The notes: a model not told the origin generated them from the sequence alone. DNA of 64,000 nt from Nitrospirales bacterium (GCA_963555755.3 OY820905.2:288001-352000), one strand, 5' to 3'; positions 1-10,773 are shown, counted from the stretch's first letter. Program-made: numbers and translations.

Positions 1-660
1 ACGGCCGGAATTCTCTGGCAATTTGCGGGTATGATCTTTGCCTCATTCGTTTCGGGATCGGTGCGGTATAGCGCGGTGTACTCAAGTTTTGCCATCCTGA
101 TTATTTTTCTCATTTGGGTGTATGTCGGATGGCTCATTGTCTTAACTGGGGCTCAGGTTGCGTATTATCATCAACACCCCTCGGCTTATTTGACCAGGTT
201 ACGGTGGAAGCAAAATACTGCGGCGTTTCGTGAGCACCTCGCACTGACCATGTTAGTCCATATGACCCGTCGATATTTGGGTCATGAGCCACCCTATCAG
301 GAACAGGAATTGGCTACTAAACTTGGGGTGCCACTCTCCGCGCTGGAAGACATCGTGGAGGATTTCATCGATCACGGATTGGTCTATCGCACGGTGGAAC
401 CCAAGGGCATGATGTTGGGACGACCGCCCGATCAAGTATTCGTGTTAGAAATTCTCCAATTGGTGTGTCACAGGGAATATCCTCCGGTGGAACGTGATCA
501 AAACACGATTGACCCTGTCGGTACGCTGTTGCAACAGCGCGATCAAGTTGTCCGCGATACGCTCAATGGGATGACCCTTCAAATGCTTTCTGCTGAAGAA
601 CCGGCCGAGTTGGCGATTCCCCAGCCATCTTCCCTCTTACTTGACCAAACAGTCTCGTAA
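1..660 (+). CDS. YihY/BrkB-family membrane protein with C-terminal HTH (5' part outside window)
   Basis: YSAVYSSFAILIIFLIWVYVGWLIVLTGAQV is YihY-like; Rrf2-like HTH follows. Confidence 0.75.
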   Translation, partial: TAGILWQFAGMIFASFVSGSVRYSAVYSSFAILIIFLIWVYVGWLIVLTGAQVAYYHQHPSAYLTRLRWKQNTAAFREHLALTMLVHMTRRYLGHEPPYQEQELATKLGVPLSALEDIVEDFIDHGLVYRTVEPKGMMLGRPPDQVFVLEILQLVCHREYPPVERDQNTIDPVGTLLQQRDQVVRDTLNGMTLQMLSAEEPAELAIPQPSSLLLDQTVS

Positions 661-850
661 GCTTGCCATTGAGTTCCCTGTATGTATAAAGGAGCCTGAT
701 GATGAAACTGAACCCTCTGACGGTTGACCCCATTATTCGAGCCACATATGGAAACAGCATGCGGCGGTGGGGGAGAGGGGACTATCAGCCGACTTCAAGA
801 TCGTCACAAGAACCCAAGTGGTGTGTCGTGATGGCTCGGATTAGTTTCTC

Positions 851-1762
851 ATGAACTTGCACAAAAAGATTTGTGTAGGCCTTGTCCAACTCGCCTGTTC
901 ACCTGAATCACAAGAAAACCTTGATCGGGCTGTGGGCAAGATCGAGGAAGCAGCTCGAGGTGGGGCAACACTTATTTGCCTTCCGGAGTTATTTCTGTCC
1001 CAATATTTTTGCCAAAAAGAAGAAACCGCGTTCTTTGATTTGGCAGAACCTGTGCCTGGGCCTTCCACTGATGCCTTAAGCAAGATTGCCAAGCAGAATA
1101 AGGTCGTCATTATTGTACCGATTTTTGAACGGCGAACGGCTGGAATTTATCATAACTCGATGGTCGTGCTTGATCGCGATGGATCAATGGCAGGTCTCTA
1201 TCGCAAGATGCACATTCCCGACGATCCGGCCTACTATGAGAAGTTTTATTTCACTCCAGGGGATAAAGGGTTTCAGGCGATTCAAACGAGTGTGGGGAAA
1301 ATCGGAACGTTGATTTGTTGGGATCAATGGTTTCCCGAAGCTGCTCGGTTGACCACGCTTCAAGGTGCGGAGATGTTGTTCTATCCGACAGCGATTGGCT
1401 GGCATCCTTCAGAAAAATCGCAAGAGGGCGCGACACAACGTGAGGCGTGGCAAACGATTCAACGCAGCCATGCCATTGCCAATGGCGTGTTTGTTTCCGC
1501 GGTGAATCGTGTTGGGTATGAAAAACCCGAGGACGGCGAGGAGGGCATTGAATTTTGGGGAAGCTCGTTTATTTGTGATCCATTTGGAAGTGTCTTAGCC
1601 GAAGCGTCAACAGATAAAGAGGAAGTGTTGCTTGCGGAGATAGACCTTGGCCGAGTGGAAAAGGTCCGCCGCCATTGGCCCTTCCTCCGCGATCGTCGGG
1701 TCGATGCGTATGGAGGCATCACCAAACGATTCTTAGATGAAGACGATAATGGGGAGTGTTAA
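851..1762 (+). CDS. aguB: N-carbamoylputrescine amidase (carbon-nitrogen hydrolase)
   Basis: LPELF, YRKMHIPDDP.YYEKFYF and ICWDQWFPE catalytic motifs; lies near agmatine deiminase. Confidence 0.88.
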   Translation: MNLHKKICVGLVQLACSPESQENLDRAVGKIEEAARGGATLICLPELFLSQYFCQKEETAFFDLAEPVPGPSTDALSKIAKQNKVVIIVPIFERRTAGIYHNSMVVLDRDGSMAGLYRKMHIPDDPAYYEKFYFTPGDKGFQAIQTSVGKIGTLICWDQWFPEAARLTTLQGAEMLFYPTAIGWHPSEKSQEGATQREAWQTIQRSHAIANGVFVSAVNRVGYEKPEDGEEGIEFWGSSFICDPFGSVLAEASTDKEEVLLAEIDLGRVEKVRRHWPFLRDRRVDAYGGITKRFLDEDDNGEC

Positions 1763-1910
1763 GAAGGAAAAGGGTTAACCCCTCACCCCAACCCTCTCCC
1801 CACAAGGGCGAGGGAGTGAAAAAGTCTGGCCATAATTTGTGATCCATGTGAAACGTCATTCTGATCCCCTCGCCCCCTTGGAGGGGGAGAGGGTAGGGTG
1901 AGGGGGAAGT

Positions 1911-2417
1911 TTGAAGAAGCCACTTTCACCGACACGCAATCTAGCCAAAGGCATGCGCCGGCGTCCGACAGATGCTGAAGGAGTATTGTGGCGAAAATTG
2001 CGAGATCGCCAGCTAGGCGGAGTTAAGTTTCGTCGGCAACATCCAGTAGGGCCTTATATCGTCGATTTTTATTGTCCTGAGCGAAGTCTTGTCGTAGAAG
2101 TTGATGGTGGACAACATGTAGAGAACCAAGAGGCCGATGAACGGCGTACAAAAGAATTAGAGAAATTAGGATATCACGTTCTTCGATATTGGAATCATGA
2201 GGTTTTGAAGCTCACTGAAGCAGTCCTTGAGAAAATTCTTCAAGAAATAGAAATCCCTCACCCTAACCCTCTCCCTTCGAGGGAGAGGGAATCGGGAAAA
2301 TCAAATAGTTCTGATACTCAAGGCCAGATCATTCTCAGTACCTCTACTCACAAATATATATCAAGTGGGGAGTCAATTCCTCACCCTAGCCTTCTCCCTT
2401 CGAGGGCGAGGGAGTGA
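1911..2417 (+). CDS. DUF559 (Vsr-like) endonuclease, copy 1
   Basis: FRRQHPVGPYIVDFYC..LVVEVDGGQH..GYHVLRYWNHEV. Confidence 0.85.
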   Translation: MKKPLSPTRNLAKGMRRRPTDAEGVLWRKLRDRQLGGVKFRRQHPVGPYIVDFYCPERSLVVEVDGGQHVENQEADERRTKELEKLGYHVLRYWNHEVLKLTEAVLEKILQEIEIPHPNPLPSRERESGKSNSSDTQGQIILSTSTHKYISSGESIPHPSLLPSRARE

Positions 2418-2508
2418 AAAAGTCTGGCCATAATTTGTGATCCATGTGAAACGTCATTCTGATCCCCTCGCCCCCTTGGAGGGGGAGAGGGTAGGGTGAG
2501 GGGGAAGT

Positions 2509-2887
2509 TTGAAGAAGCCACTTTCACCGACACGCAATCTAGCCAAAGGCACGCGCCGGCGTCCGACAGATGCTGAAGGAGTATTGTGGCAAAAATTGCG
2601 AGATCGCCAGCTAGGCGGAGTTAAGTTTCGTCGGCAACATCCAGTAGGGCCTTATATCGTCGATTTTTATTGTCCTGAGCGAAGTCTTGTCGTAGAAGTT
2701 GATGATGGACAACATACAAAGAACCAAGAGCCCGATGAACGGCGTACAAAAGAATTAGAGAAATTAGGATATCACGTTCTTCGATATTGGAATCATGAGG
2801 TTTTGAATCTTACTGACGCTGTCCTTGGGAAAATTCTTCAAGAAATAGAAATCCCTCACCCTTGCCCTCTCCCTTCGAGGGCGAGGG
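2509..2887 (+). CDS. DUF559 endonuclease, copy 2 (no stop codon; in frame with aguA)
   Basis: Near-identical to copy 1; EVDDGQH variant. Confidence 0.75.
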
Positions 2888-2928
2888 TAAAGAAAAATCC
2901 TGGGATTGGAATTGGGTCTTCCAGCCGA

Positions 2929-3993
2929 ATGCCTTCGTTTTTGGGGTGGAGAATGCCGGCGGAGTGGGAGTTGCATGAGGCCACGTGGTTGGGGTGGCCG
3001 CATAATGCTTCGGATTGGCCCGGGAAATTGGCGGCCATCCATTGGGTGTATGCGGAGATTGTTCGGAAGTTGGCGGATGGAGAAAAGGTCCGAATTCTTG
3101 TCAATTCGAAAGTTCATGAAGATCGGGCCAAGCGCTTTCTTCGCCGGGCTCGCACCAATTTAGGCAAGGTTGAGTTTTTTCGCATTCCCACGAACCGCGG
3201 ATGGACCCGCGACTTTGGTCCCATTTTTGTTAAGCAGGATCCGCCAAATTCTGAAACCGCCATCGCTCGGTTTCGATTCAATGGTTGGGCTCGCTATCCC
3301 GATTGGAAAAAAGACAATCAGGTTCCAGTTCGCGTGTCGAAGCGTTTGAATTGTAAATTATTGCCGATCCCATTCCAGGGAAGGGAAGTGGTACTTGAAG
3401 GAGGGTGTATCGACGTCAATGGCACCGGCACACTACTCACCACTGATGAGTGCTTGCTTGATGCTCATATCCAAGTGCGTAATCCTGGCATAAGTCGAGA
3501 TGATTATGAAATGATATTCGGCCAATCATTTGGCGCGACCAATGTGGTGTGGTTGAACAAAGGCATTGCGGGTGATGACACACATGGGCATGTTGATGAC
3601 ATCTGTCGATTTGTCGATCAACACACTGTCGTGCTGTGCCAAGAGCGCAATATCCACGACGAGAACTACCGGTCATTAGCCGAAAATCGAGAACGTCTTG
3701 ATAGTGCCCGATTGGAAGATGGGGCGAAAATTGAAATCATCCCGTTGCCCATGCCCAGTCCGTTATGGTTCGATGGCCGTCGATTGCCCGCGAGTTATGC
3801 CAATTTTTACATTGCCAATGCGGCGGTACTCGTACCCACTTTTAATGATCCTCATGATCGACTGGCTCTGGGAATTTTGAGTGACCTTTTCCGGGATCGC
3901 CCTGTTGTTGGGATCCATGCCGTCGATTTAGTGTGGGGGTTTGGCACCATTCACTGTTTGACTCAACAGCAACCTTCTCTACGCCCTAGGTAA
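2929..3993 (+). CDS. aguA: Agmatine deiminase (start uncertain)
   Basis: RMPAEWE.H, WTRDFGP, LEGG, DDTHGHVD, GTIHCLTQQ. Confidence 0.9.
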   Translation: MPSFLGWRMPAEWELHEATWLGWPHNASDWPGKLAAIHWVYAEIVRKLADGEKVRILVNSKVHEDRAKRFLRRARTNLGKVEFFRIPTNRGWTRDFGPIFVKQDPPNSETAIARFRFNGWARYPDWKKDNQVPVRVSKRLNCKLLPIPFQGREVVLEGGCIDVNGTGTLLTTDECLLDAHIQVRNPGISRDDYEMIFGQSFGATNVVWLNKGIAGDDTHGHVDDICRFVDQHTVVLCQERNIHDENYRSLAENRERLDSARLEDGAKIEIIPLPMPSPLWFDGRRLPASYANFYIANAAVLVPTFNDPHDRLALGILSDLFRDRPVVGIHAVDLVWGFGTIHCLTQQQPSLRPR

Positions 3994-4010
3994 CCTTTCG
4001 TTTACGCCCC

Positions 4011-4949
4011 ATGTCGCCTAGCCAATCATTTGTCCTTCCTGTACCACTTCGACTCGGGTGGATTGGCACAGGTGTGATGGGTGCGGCGATGTGCGGACAC
4101 TTACTGGAGAAACAGTATCCTATCACCGTCTATTCGCGAACACGTCAAAAAGCCGAAGGCTTGCTTGAACAAGGTGCTCAGTGGGGAGAATCTCCCGCAC
4201 ATGTCGTGGAACAGGCTGATGTGGTATTTACCATGGTTGGGTTTCCGCACGATGTTCGTGAGGTGTATTTCCGTGAATCCGGTCTTCTGAATCACCTTCG
4301 ATCTGATATGGTGTTGATCGACATGACGACGTCGCCTCCCAGCCTTGCTGTCGAAATTCATGATGCGTGCCAGACGAGGGATGCTCACTGTATTGATGCT
4401 CCGGTATCCGGTGGTAATGTGGGTGCGCAGCAGGCAACCTTGTCAATCATGATAGGGGGTGAATCGGACATTGCCGCAGCGGTTCGTCCACTGTTTGAAA
4501 TCATGGGTAAAACAATTATCCATCAAGGTCGAGCCGGTGCTGGGCAACATGCGAAATTGTGCAATCAGATCACCATTGCCGGGACGATGGTTGGTGTGTG
4601 CGAGTCCTTGTTGTATGGGTATCGAGCCGGCTTGGATTTGGAGACAATGCTTCAGTCCATTCGAGGTGGCGCAGCCGCCTGCTGGACGCTGGATAATTTA
4701 GCTCCACAAATTCTGCAGAGAAATTTCAACCCTGGCTTCTTTGTCGAACATTTTGTGAAAGACATGGGATTGGCGCTGGAAGAAGCCAAGCGAATGGGGC
4801 TGGTCCTTCCAGGATTAGCGCTGGTGCACCAGTTATACCTGATCGTGCAAGCCTATGGGCATGGTCGAGCCGGGACGCATGCTCTGATGTTGGCTCTCGA
4901 ACAGTTGTCGAATATCCATCTAACGAAGAAGGTTGATTCCCCGAGCTAA
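4011..4949 (+). CDS. NAD(P)-dependent beta-hydroxyacid dehydrogenase
   Basis: GWIGTGVMG, DAPVSGG, KLCNQ, FVKDMGLA. Confidence 0.88.
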   Translation: MSPSQSFVLPVPLRLGWIGTGVMGAAMCGHLLEKQYPITVYSRTRQKAEGLLEQGAQWGESPAHVVEQADVVFTMVGFPHDVREVYFRESGLLNHLRSDMVLIDMTTSPPSLAVEIHDACQTRDAHCIDAPVSGGNVGAQQATLSIMIGGESDIAAAVRPLFEIMGKTIIHQGRAGAGQHAKLCNQITIAGTMVGVCESLLYGYRAGLDLETMLQSIRGGAAACWTLDNLAPQILQRNFNPGFFVEHFVKDMGLALEEAKRMGLVLPGLALVHQLYLIVQAYGHGRAGTHALMLALEQLSNIHLTKKVDSPS

Positions 4950-4975
4950 GAAATTTTCGGTTTTCACTGCTCTTC

Positions 4976-6730
4976 ATGCCTACCTTTGATGATTTGCGAA
5001 ATACATTAGCCCGTATCGATGGACGAGGGTATAAGGCCTATAAGGATCTTGCCGGGGCTTTTGTCCATACCCACTGTACTGTGTGTATTGATCATGTGCA
5101 GGGAGATCCCTTTGCTGCTCCTTCCAAGATTCGCGTTCGTGTTCCATCCACGGTTGCTAAGATTCCTCCCGATCTTTTTTCGAATAAGACCCGGCGCATT
5201 GCGTTGCAAGATTTTTTGATACGAACCGTAGACGAGTCCATACGTGTGATCTGTCAAGGGCATCGAGGTATTGGAAAAAGTGGCCTCATATCGATCGATG
5301 TGGGTGGCCAAGAGGTGTTGGAACGAACCGCGATGGTGGTGACAGAACAGTGGATTGAAGCGAGGATGGAAGTTGGTTTGCCTGCCCAGGGCCGGACAGT
5401 TCTGGGTCGCCAGGCTGAAGCCATGTTGTGTCAGGAGTTGCCACACATCGTTACTAAAAGTATGAAGTGGGACGCTCTGGATCAACAACGAGCAAGGGCT
5501 TTCGTGGATTGCGTGGAAAATCAGGAGGCTATCCGAGAACAACTTGACTCCCTGGGTCTCATTGCATTTGTGGCTGATGATTCACTATTAGCACGTGCCA
5601 GCGGTGCTTCAGATCGACCGCTGGAAGGTAGTCGTGCCCACGCCTTTCTGTCCCCTGACTCTCTTCGAGTGAGGATTCCCCTCCCTCATGTTGTTGAACA
5701 ACAAGGCCAATCCACCCAGAAGTTGAGGGGATTGGGCATTCCCAAGGGCGTCACCCTTATTGTAGGAGGAGGCTATCATGGAAAGTCTACGCTGCTGCGT
5801 GCCTTGGAACGTGGGGTATATCCGCACATTCCTGGTGATGGGCGGGAATATGTGGTCACGGTGAGTCATGCGGTGAAAACGCGGGCAGAAGATGGACGAC
5901 GCATTGAACAGGTGGATATCAGTGGGTTCATCACGAATCTTCCTTTTGGTCAGGACACTACCCATTTTTCGACTGATAATGCGAGTGGCAGCACCAGTCA
6001 AGCGGCGACCATTCTTGAAGCGATCGAAGTGAATGCCACGGTTCTGTTGTTGGATGAAGATACCTCCGCGACCAATTTCATGGTGCGTGATGCGCGGATG
6101 CAAGCGTTAGTCCCAAAAACCCATGAACCTATTACGCCGTTTATTGATCGGATTCGGGAACTGTATGATCAGCATGGCGTCTCGACGATTCTGGTCATGG
6201 GTGGATGTGGTGATTATTTCGATGTCGCCGATACCGTGATCATGATGCGAGAGTTTCAGCCGGTGACCATGACAGCAGAAGCTCATCGGATAGCGAATGA
6301 ACAAAAAACCCAACGTCGTATGGAAGTGGTGTCGCTTTTTGCTTCCGTTCGTTCACGAATGATCCACATGGATAGCGTGGACTCCTCATCAGGGAAACGC
6401 GATACGAAGATAGATGCCAAGGCTCTGCATCATGTGGCCTTTGGTCATGATGCTATAGATTTGAGTGGTGTGGAACAGTTGGTGGATGTGAGTCAAACGC
6501 GAGCGGTTGGATATGCCATTCAGTTACTTGTGCAACGAACAACACGTTCTCGATTTCGTATCGCAGATGCTGTTGCCATGGTGGATGAGATTTTTACTCA
6601 AGAAGGGTTGGATTGCCTAGATCCGTATTACAAGCCGGGGCACCATCCTGGAAATTTTGCGCGACCCCGCCCTTATGAAATTGCCGCGGCGATTAATCGT
6701 CTGCGGAGTGTTCGTCTCTCCCAAGAATAA
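4976..6730 (+). CDS. ABC_ATPase-domain P-loop protein
   Basis: DHVQGDPFAAPS, GGGYHGKST, ASGSTSQAA, LLLDEDTSATNFM. Confidence 0.85.
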   Translation: MPTFDDLRNTLARIDGRGYKAYKDLAGAFVHTHCTVCIDHVQGDPFAAPSKIRVRVPSTVAKIPPDLFSNKTRRIALQDFLIRTVDESIRVICQGHRGIGKSGLISIDVGGQEVLERTAMVVTEQWIEARMEVGLPAQGRTVLGRQAEAMLCQELPHIVTKSMKWDALDQQRARAFVDCVENQEAIREQLDSLGLIAFVADDSLLARASGASDRPLEGSRAHAFLSPDSLRVRIPLPHVVEQQGQSTQKLRGLGIPKGVTLIVGGGYHGKSTLLRALERGVYPHIPGDGREYVVTVSHAVKTRAEDGRRIEQVDISGFITNLPFGQDTTHFSTDNASGSTSQAATILEAIEVNATVLLLDEDTSATNFMVRDARMQALVPKTHEPITPFIDRIRELYDQHGVSTILVMGGCGDYFDVADTVIMMREFQPVTMTAEAHRIANEQKTQRRMEVVSLFASVRSRMIHMDSVDSSSGKRDTKIDAKALHHVAFGHDAIDLSGVEQLVDVSQTRAVGYAIQLLVQRTTRSRFRIADAVAMVDEIFTQEGLDCLDPYYKPGHHPGNFARPRPYEIAAAINRLRSVRLSQE

Positions 6731-6731
6731 T

Positions 6732-7156
6732 CCTAGAAACCGCAGTTGGATCACAAAAGTCCGCGCAAGCTCTCAGGGTCCGTCACGAAATAACCGGGAC
6801 AATTGGCCGAGACGATTTTGGAGCGAGCCAAGGAGCGAAGAGCGCGCATACCGGGAGTATGGAAGCGATGAGCGACGCCGGCGGAGCCCAAAAGCGTCCG
6901 GCCCTCCGGGGAGGCCCATCTTTGGCCCGGGGCGGCGTTGCTCCTCGGTCACAGAGCCCCGCTCTGCTCCCTCGTCGCGCCTTGCCCCGATCACAAATCT
7001 GGGCCTCCCAATTGTCCCGGTTATTTCGTGACGGACCCTAAGCTCGCCTGGCAAAATAAAAAAATGTCTCTTCACCAGGTGACCACGACTTTTTGTATTT
7101 CATCATGCACGCCAATATCTTACACGTCTTTTTTACGCCCAACCGCCGTTTCTATG
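6732..7156. mobile_element. MITE family G (CCTAGAAAC ends) carrying nested MITE H
   Basis: Inverted homolog of the uninterrupted copy at 10612-10773. Confidence 0.8.
6775..7039. mobile_element. MITE family H
   Basis: Perfect 32-bp TIR AGGGTCCGTCACGAAATAACCGGGACAATTGG. Confidence 0.85.
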
Positions 7157-7667
7157 ATAATTACGCCGCTTCCTCAGCCGCGACGCCCCAAAAGAGGAGT
7201 AGAGCGCCCAGGCATTTTTTCTCAGACAGGCTCAAAGGTGATTGGGTCCGTAGGCGTGTATCAGATAGGACAATGAGGCGGGCCGTACAATCGTAACGGT
7301 AGGTGTCTCATGAGAGTTTTGGGGAATACAACGTTCAGATCCCTGAAATTTCTAGAACTCCACCTTTGTCGACACTTCAACTCCCAATACAGAAAGGCCC
7401 CGTACGATCGTGAAGGTTTCGATGGTCATCGCTTTGCGGATGAATGTCCTGTACATGATTCATGAGAGGACCCTCTACGCAGCAGCGTGACGAAATCACG
7501 CTGCTGCGTGGGCTGTGCCACGAGGGGGCACCGGGGCGGGTGGCGCCTCGTGGAAAAATTTTCCCTCTAAGGCTTCTTAAATTTGGGCCTTATTCTTTTC
7601 ACCAATTTGCGGTTTTTCCTCATACTTTCCTTATCGGTTTGTAGGCAGAAACCTTCCAACATATTCA

Positions 7668-7808
7668 GGGCACCTCTAAAAACCGTCCTTTTCCGTGATG
7701 GCGGCGTCAGCCGCGTGCTCAAATCCTCATGTATTCGCCCATACACTCCGGTTTTCCGCGCGCGGCTTCCTTGCCCTCACAAAAAATGCCTGGTTTTTAG
7801 AGGTGCCC
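7668..7808 (+). mobile_element. 141-bp MITE family A, copy 1
   Basis: TIR GGGCACCTCTAAAAACC; TSD TTCA; five copies in window. Confidence 0.92.
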
Positions 7809-7920
7809 TTCAGTTGATTGGCGATGGTATCGGTTCCAGGAACCTGGTAAAAGTTGAAGAAACTTGGTCAAGGTATTGGCTGCGATCAAGCTGAGAAAAA
7901 TTCAGAAAGGTGGGAACCTA

Positions 7921-8302
7921 GGAGCCTGTCTGAGATTAGACGAATCTTCTGTGGGTGCGCTGGAGTTGGCCAGATTTTCTGATCCTTTTCTGGAAATGTT
8001 GAAAAAGCCGCCAGCCTTCGCCAAGGCTACGGCAGACAAGCCAGCTGCGTTCTCGGGCTTTTGGTGTGCTCACGTACTCCGTGTACGCTCCGCGCGCCAA
8101 GCCTACTCCGCCGAAGTAACCTTTGGCTACGAAGGCCGGGAAGCCCTGCGGCTTTGCTGGACGGTCCCCCGCCTCCGCGAGGGCATGCTTTTTGAACATT
8201 CCCCGTTTTCGTTGAATAGTTCCACTATTTGCCTCACACGATCGAAACATCTGACTCAAACCAGCATTCCCTCGCGACGGTCCCTAATCCCGGACAGGCT
8301 CC
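7921..8302. mobile_element. MITE family I (GGAGCCTGTC ends) with nested family-B variant (7992-8204)
   Basis: TIR GGAGCCTGTC/GACAGGCTCC; relative at 61786 shows the empty site GATCCTTTTCGTTGAATAG. Confidence 0.75.
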
Positions 8303-8464
8303 GAGAAACCACCGTTGGGTCACAACAGTCCCCCGCAAGCGCTTGGCGCCCCTCGAAAAACAGAAAAAAGTGTCATCACCACCAAAGTGACCACGACTGT
8401 TTCTCTTTCACGATAAAGACCAAAAATCGTAGGGGTTTTTTTTCGCCCAACGGCTGTTTTTCGG
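8301..8464. mobile_element. Diverged MITE family G copy
   Basis: Similar to 6732-7156 and 10612-10773. Confidence 0.6.
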
Positions 8465-8527
8465 TATCAAGTTGATACGTCTTTTTCCCGAAAAAGCGAA
8501 AGAAGGATTTCAAAGGGGATAGATACG

Positions 8528-9316
8528 ATGGTCGCGAATCAGGAAAAATCTTCGACGATCTTTTGGTGCTGGGACTTTCGAGTTCAGAATACCGTTCTTC
8601 ACCCTCACTGGGTTCGTCGTATCTTCATACTCAGTTTTTTGACCGTTATCTTGTCGTGGTGCCTGGCTGCTCCGATTGTAGCGGCTGAACCGGTCCCGCC
8701 GAATTCCGTTCAGCGTGTGACAGTTCCTATTTTAGGGACGACCCTCAATAAGCATTGGGAGCAAATTGGTGTGGTGGCTGAGGTGACCATTCAGTTTGTG
8801 CATCGGCGTGATCATGACGGTCTTCGTGTGCAATTTCACACATCACCGGGCCGGTTTTCCCCAGGAGCCCAGCGAGCTGTTCAACAAGCGATTGATCAAG
8901 TCGCAAAGGTGAGCCACTTGGATCCTAAGTCTTGGACTGTGACGCTTACCCTTCCGCACCAGGGCTTGACCATGTATGGAGAAAGTTTGTCGGGAATGAT
9001 CGGCTTGAGTGTCTTGGCTCTGGCGAAAGGAGATCCGTTGCCACAAGATCGCGTCTTAACGGGGACGATTACGCCAACTGGCCAAATTGGTGTGGTGGGG
9101 GGAGTCCCGTTAAAAATCCAAGCTGCCTATGAGATGAAACTTCGACACGTGTTGATTCCCGAAGAAATCGATGTGGCAGATGGAGACTGGCGTACACCGT
9201 TTTTAATGCAGGTGTCCCCCGTTGGGACGATTAAAAAAGCCTATCGTGCGCTCACCGATCGCTCCTTAGAAGCTGCCTCTGCTTCACAAGTCATTTCAAA
9301 TCTTGCCTCGAAATAA
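8528..9316 (+). CDS. Exported S16/Lon C-terminal protease-domain protein
   Basis: GESLSG Ser, TGTI..G.IG.VGGVPLK Lys; hydrophobic N-terminal region. Confidence 0.75.
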   Translation: MVANQEKSSTIFWCWDFRVQNTVLHPHWVRRIFILSFLTVILSWCLAAPIVAAEPVPPNSVQRVTVPILGTTLNKHWEQIGVVAEVTIQFVHRRDHDGLRVQFHTSPGRFSPGAQRAVQQAIDQVAKVSHLDPKSWTVTLTLPHQGLTMYGESLSGMIGLSVLALAKGDPLPQDRVLTGTITPTGQIGVVGGVPLKIQAAYEMKLRHVLIPEEIDVADGDWRTPFLMQVSPVGTIKKAYRALTDRSLEAASASQVISNLASK

Positions 9317-9653
9317 CCTTTTTCACTGCCTCATCCCTTGCTGTCTTTGGTGTACCGAAAAAGTTCTGTCGGATGGTATCTTGACAGGACCCACAAAAAT
9401 GATGATTCTGCAAAAAGGGGCCGATGATTGTTGAATCGTTTTCATGAAATGGACTGTTGAACTTGGTATTCCCCGTAGCTTGCTACGGGGTTACCGCTTA
9501 GGTCCCCCCTTTGGAAAAAGGGGGTAGGGGGATTTTCAAAATCATATTGTTCCTCTGAATACCCCGTCAGCTTGCTGCGGGGATCTTTTATTTAAATAAA
9601 AATTTCTATAAGACCAATACCATTTGATGAATTGAGAGAACCTAAATAGCCAT

Positions 9654-9915
9654 GGGCGTTCAAAAAGGCTCGTTGTCTGACCCGCCCAACCCAGGCGCGC
9701 CAAGATGCGCCCTTCCACAGGCAAGGCCGCAGTCGCTCCTGGCCTTCGTAGCCAAAGGCTACTTCGGCGGAGTAGGCTTGGCGCGCGTAGCGTACTCATA
9801 GTACGTGAGCACGGCAAAGGGCCGACCTGCCTGCGCGAAGCCGCTTTGGCGGAGGCTGGGAACGCTGCTGGCGGACCCTTCGGAACGACTCAGGGCATTC
9901 TTTTTTAACAGCCCC
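9654..9915. mobile_element. MITE family B variant with inserted palindromes
   Basis: GGGCGTTCAAAAAG..TTTTTTAACAGCCCC ends; family-B core; contains CCCTTCGGAACGACTCAGGG. Confidence 0.75.
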
Positions 9916-9927
9916 CGAAAGGTGAAC

Positions 9928-10467
9928 ATGAAACCAGGGTTTGCGGTAGATATTGATAACGTGCTGGCGTTGGCCGAACAAGAGGTTCAACGGATTTATC
10001 ACGAATTGACCGGGGAGTTATGGCCAGGGGAACTGTACGCTAGTGCTGGGGGATTGGATGGGAGTGTCATTGATCGGAAATTGATTGAGAAAATCTTTGA
10101 CTATTTTCACGAATGCAGTATTCCGACTCTTCCCGTGGTGCCAGGTGCCAGTTTGGCGTTACATCACCTTCAGCAGCAGTTCCGGATTGTGATCATTACG
10201 GCTCGTCGTCCAAGTACGCGACCGCAAACAGAAGAGTGGCTTCATAGACATGAGTTTCCTTTTGATGAACTGCATCTCACCGATGATAAGACCGACGTGG
10301 CTGAAGGGTTGGTGTTTGCAGTGGATGACCATCCTGAGCATGTGCAAGATTATGTCAGCCGAGGGATTAAGGTCTTTCTGATGGACCAGCCATGGAACCG
10401 GTGTTTTTCGGCATCTGGAGTAACGAGGGTGTTAAATTGGGAACAGTTACTTCAGACCTTTCAATGA
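9928..10467 (+). CDS. HAD-family 5'(3')-nucleotidase-like protein
   Basis: AVDIDNVLA, IITAR, VDD, QPWNR; the longer ORF start lies inside a MITE. Confidence 0.75.
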   Translation: MKPGFAVDIDNVLALAEQEVQRIYHELTGELWPGELYASAGGLDGSVIDRKLIEKIFDYFHECSIPTLPVVPGASLALHHLQQQFRIVIITARRPSTRPQTEEWLHRHEFPFDELHLTDDKTDVAEGLVFAVDDHPEHVQDYVSRGIKVFLMDQPWNRCFSASGVTRVLNWEQLLQTFQ

Positions 10468-10587
10468 GGGGCTGTTGAAAAAGTCCGCCAGCGGCGTTCT
10501 CGGGCCTTTGTCGTGCTCACGTACTGCTGTACGCTCTGCGCGCCAAAGGCCCTGCGGCCTTGCTGGACGGGCTTTTTGAACAGCCCC
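10468..10587. mobile_element. Minimal MITE family B copy
   Basis: TIR GGGGCTGTTGAAAAAG; lacks the internal palindromic inserts. Confidence 0.85.
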
Positions 10588-10611
10588 TTTTGTTCTTGGA
10601 TATTCATTGAA

Positions 10612-10773
10612 CCTAGAAACGGCAGTTGGGCGCAAAAAAGACGTGTAAGATATTGTCGTGCATGGTGAAATAAAAAAAGTCATAGTCACCTCGGTGGTGA
10701 TAAGACTTTTTTTATTTTGCCAGGTGCGTCAAGAGCTTGCGCGGACTTTTGTGATCCAACTGCTGCTTCTAGG
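10612..10773. mobile_element. MITE family G, intact
   Basis: TIR CCTAGAAACGGCAGTTGG/CCAACTGCTGCTTCTAGG; TTGAA on both flanks. Confidence 0.85.

Larger units (their letters stand above)
1779..2887. repeat. Cluster of six CCCTCACCC..CCCTCTCCC..GGGAGAGGG REP-like palindromes and a 598-bp-period duplication
   Basis: Copies at ~1779, 1865 (inverted), 2254, 2377, 2463 (inverted), 2852; 1805-2290 is near-identical to 2403-2887. Confidence 0.9.

Noticed and set aside
7583..7894. Recurring ORFs containing RAPLKTVLFRDGG or MLKKAASGVLA
   Set aside because: They are translations of MITE A and B, not genes
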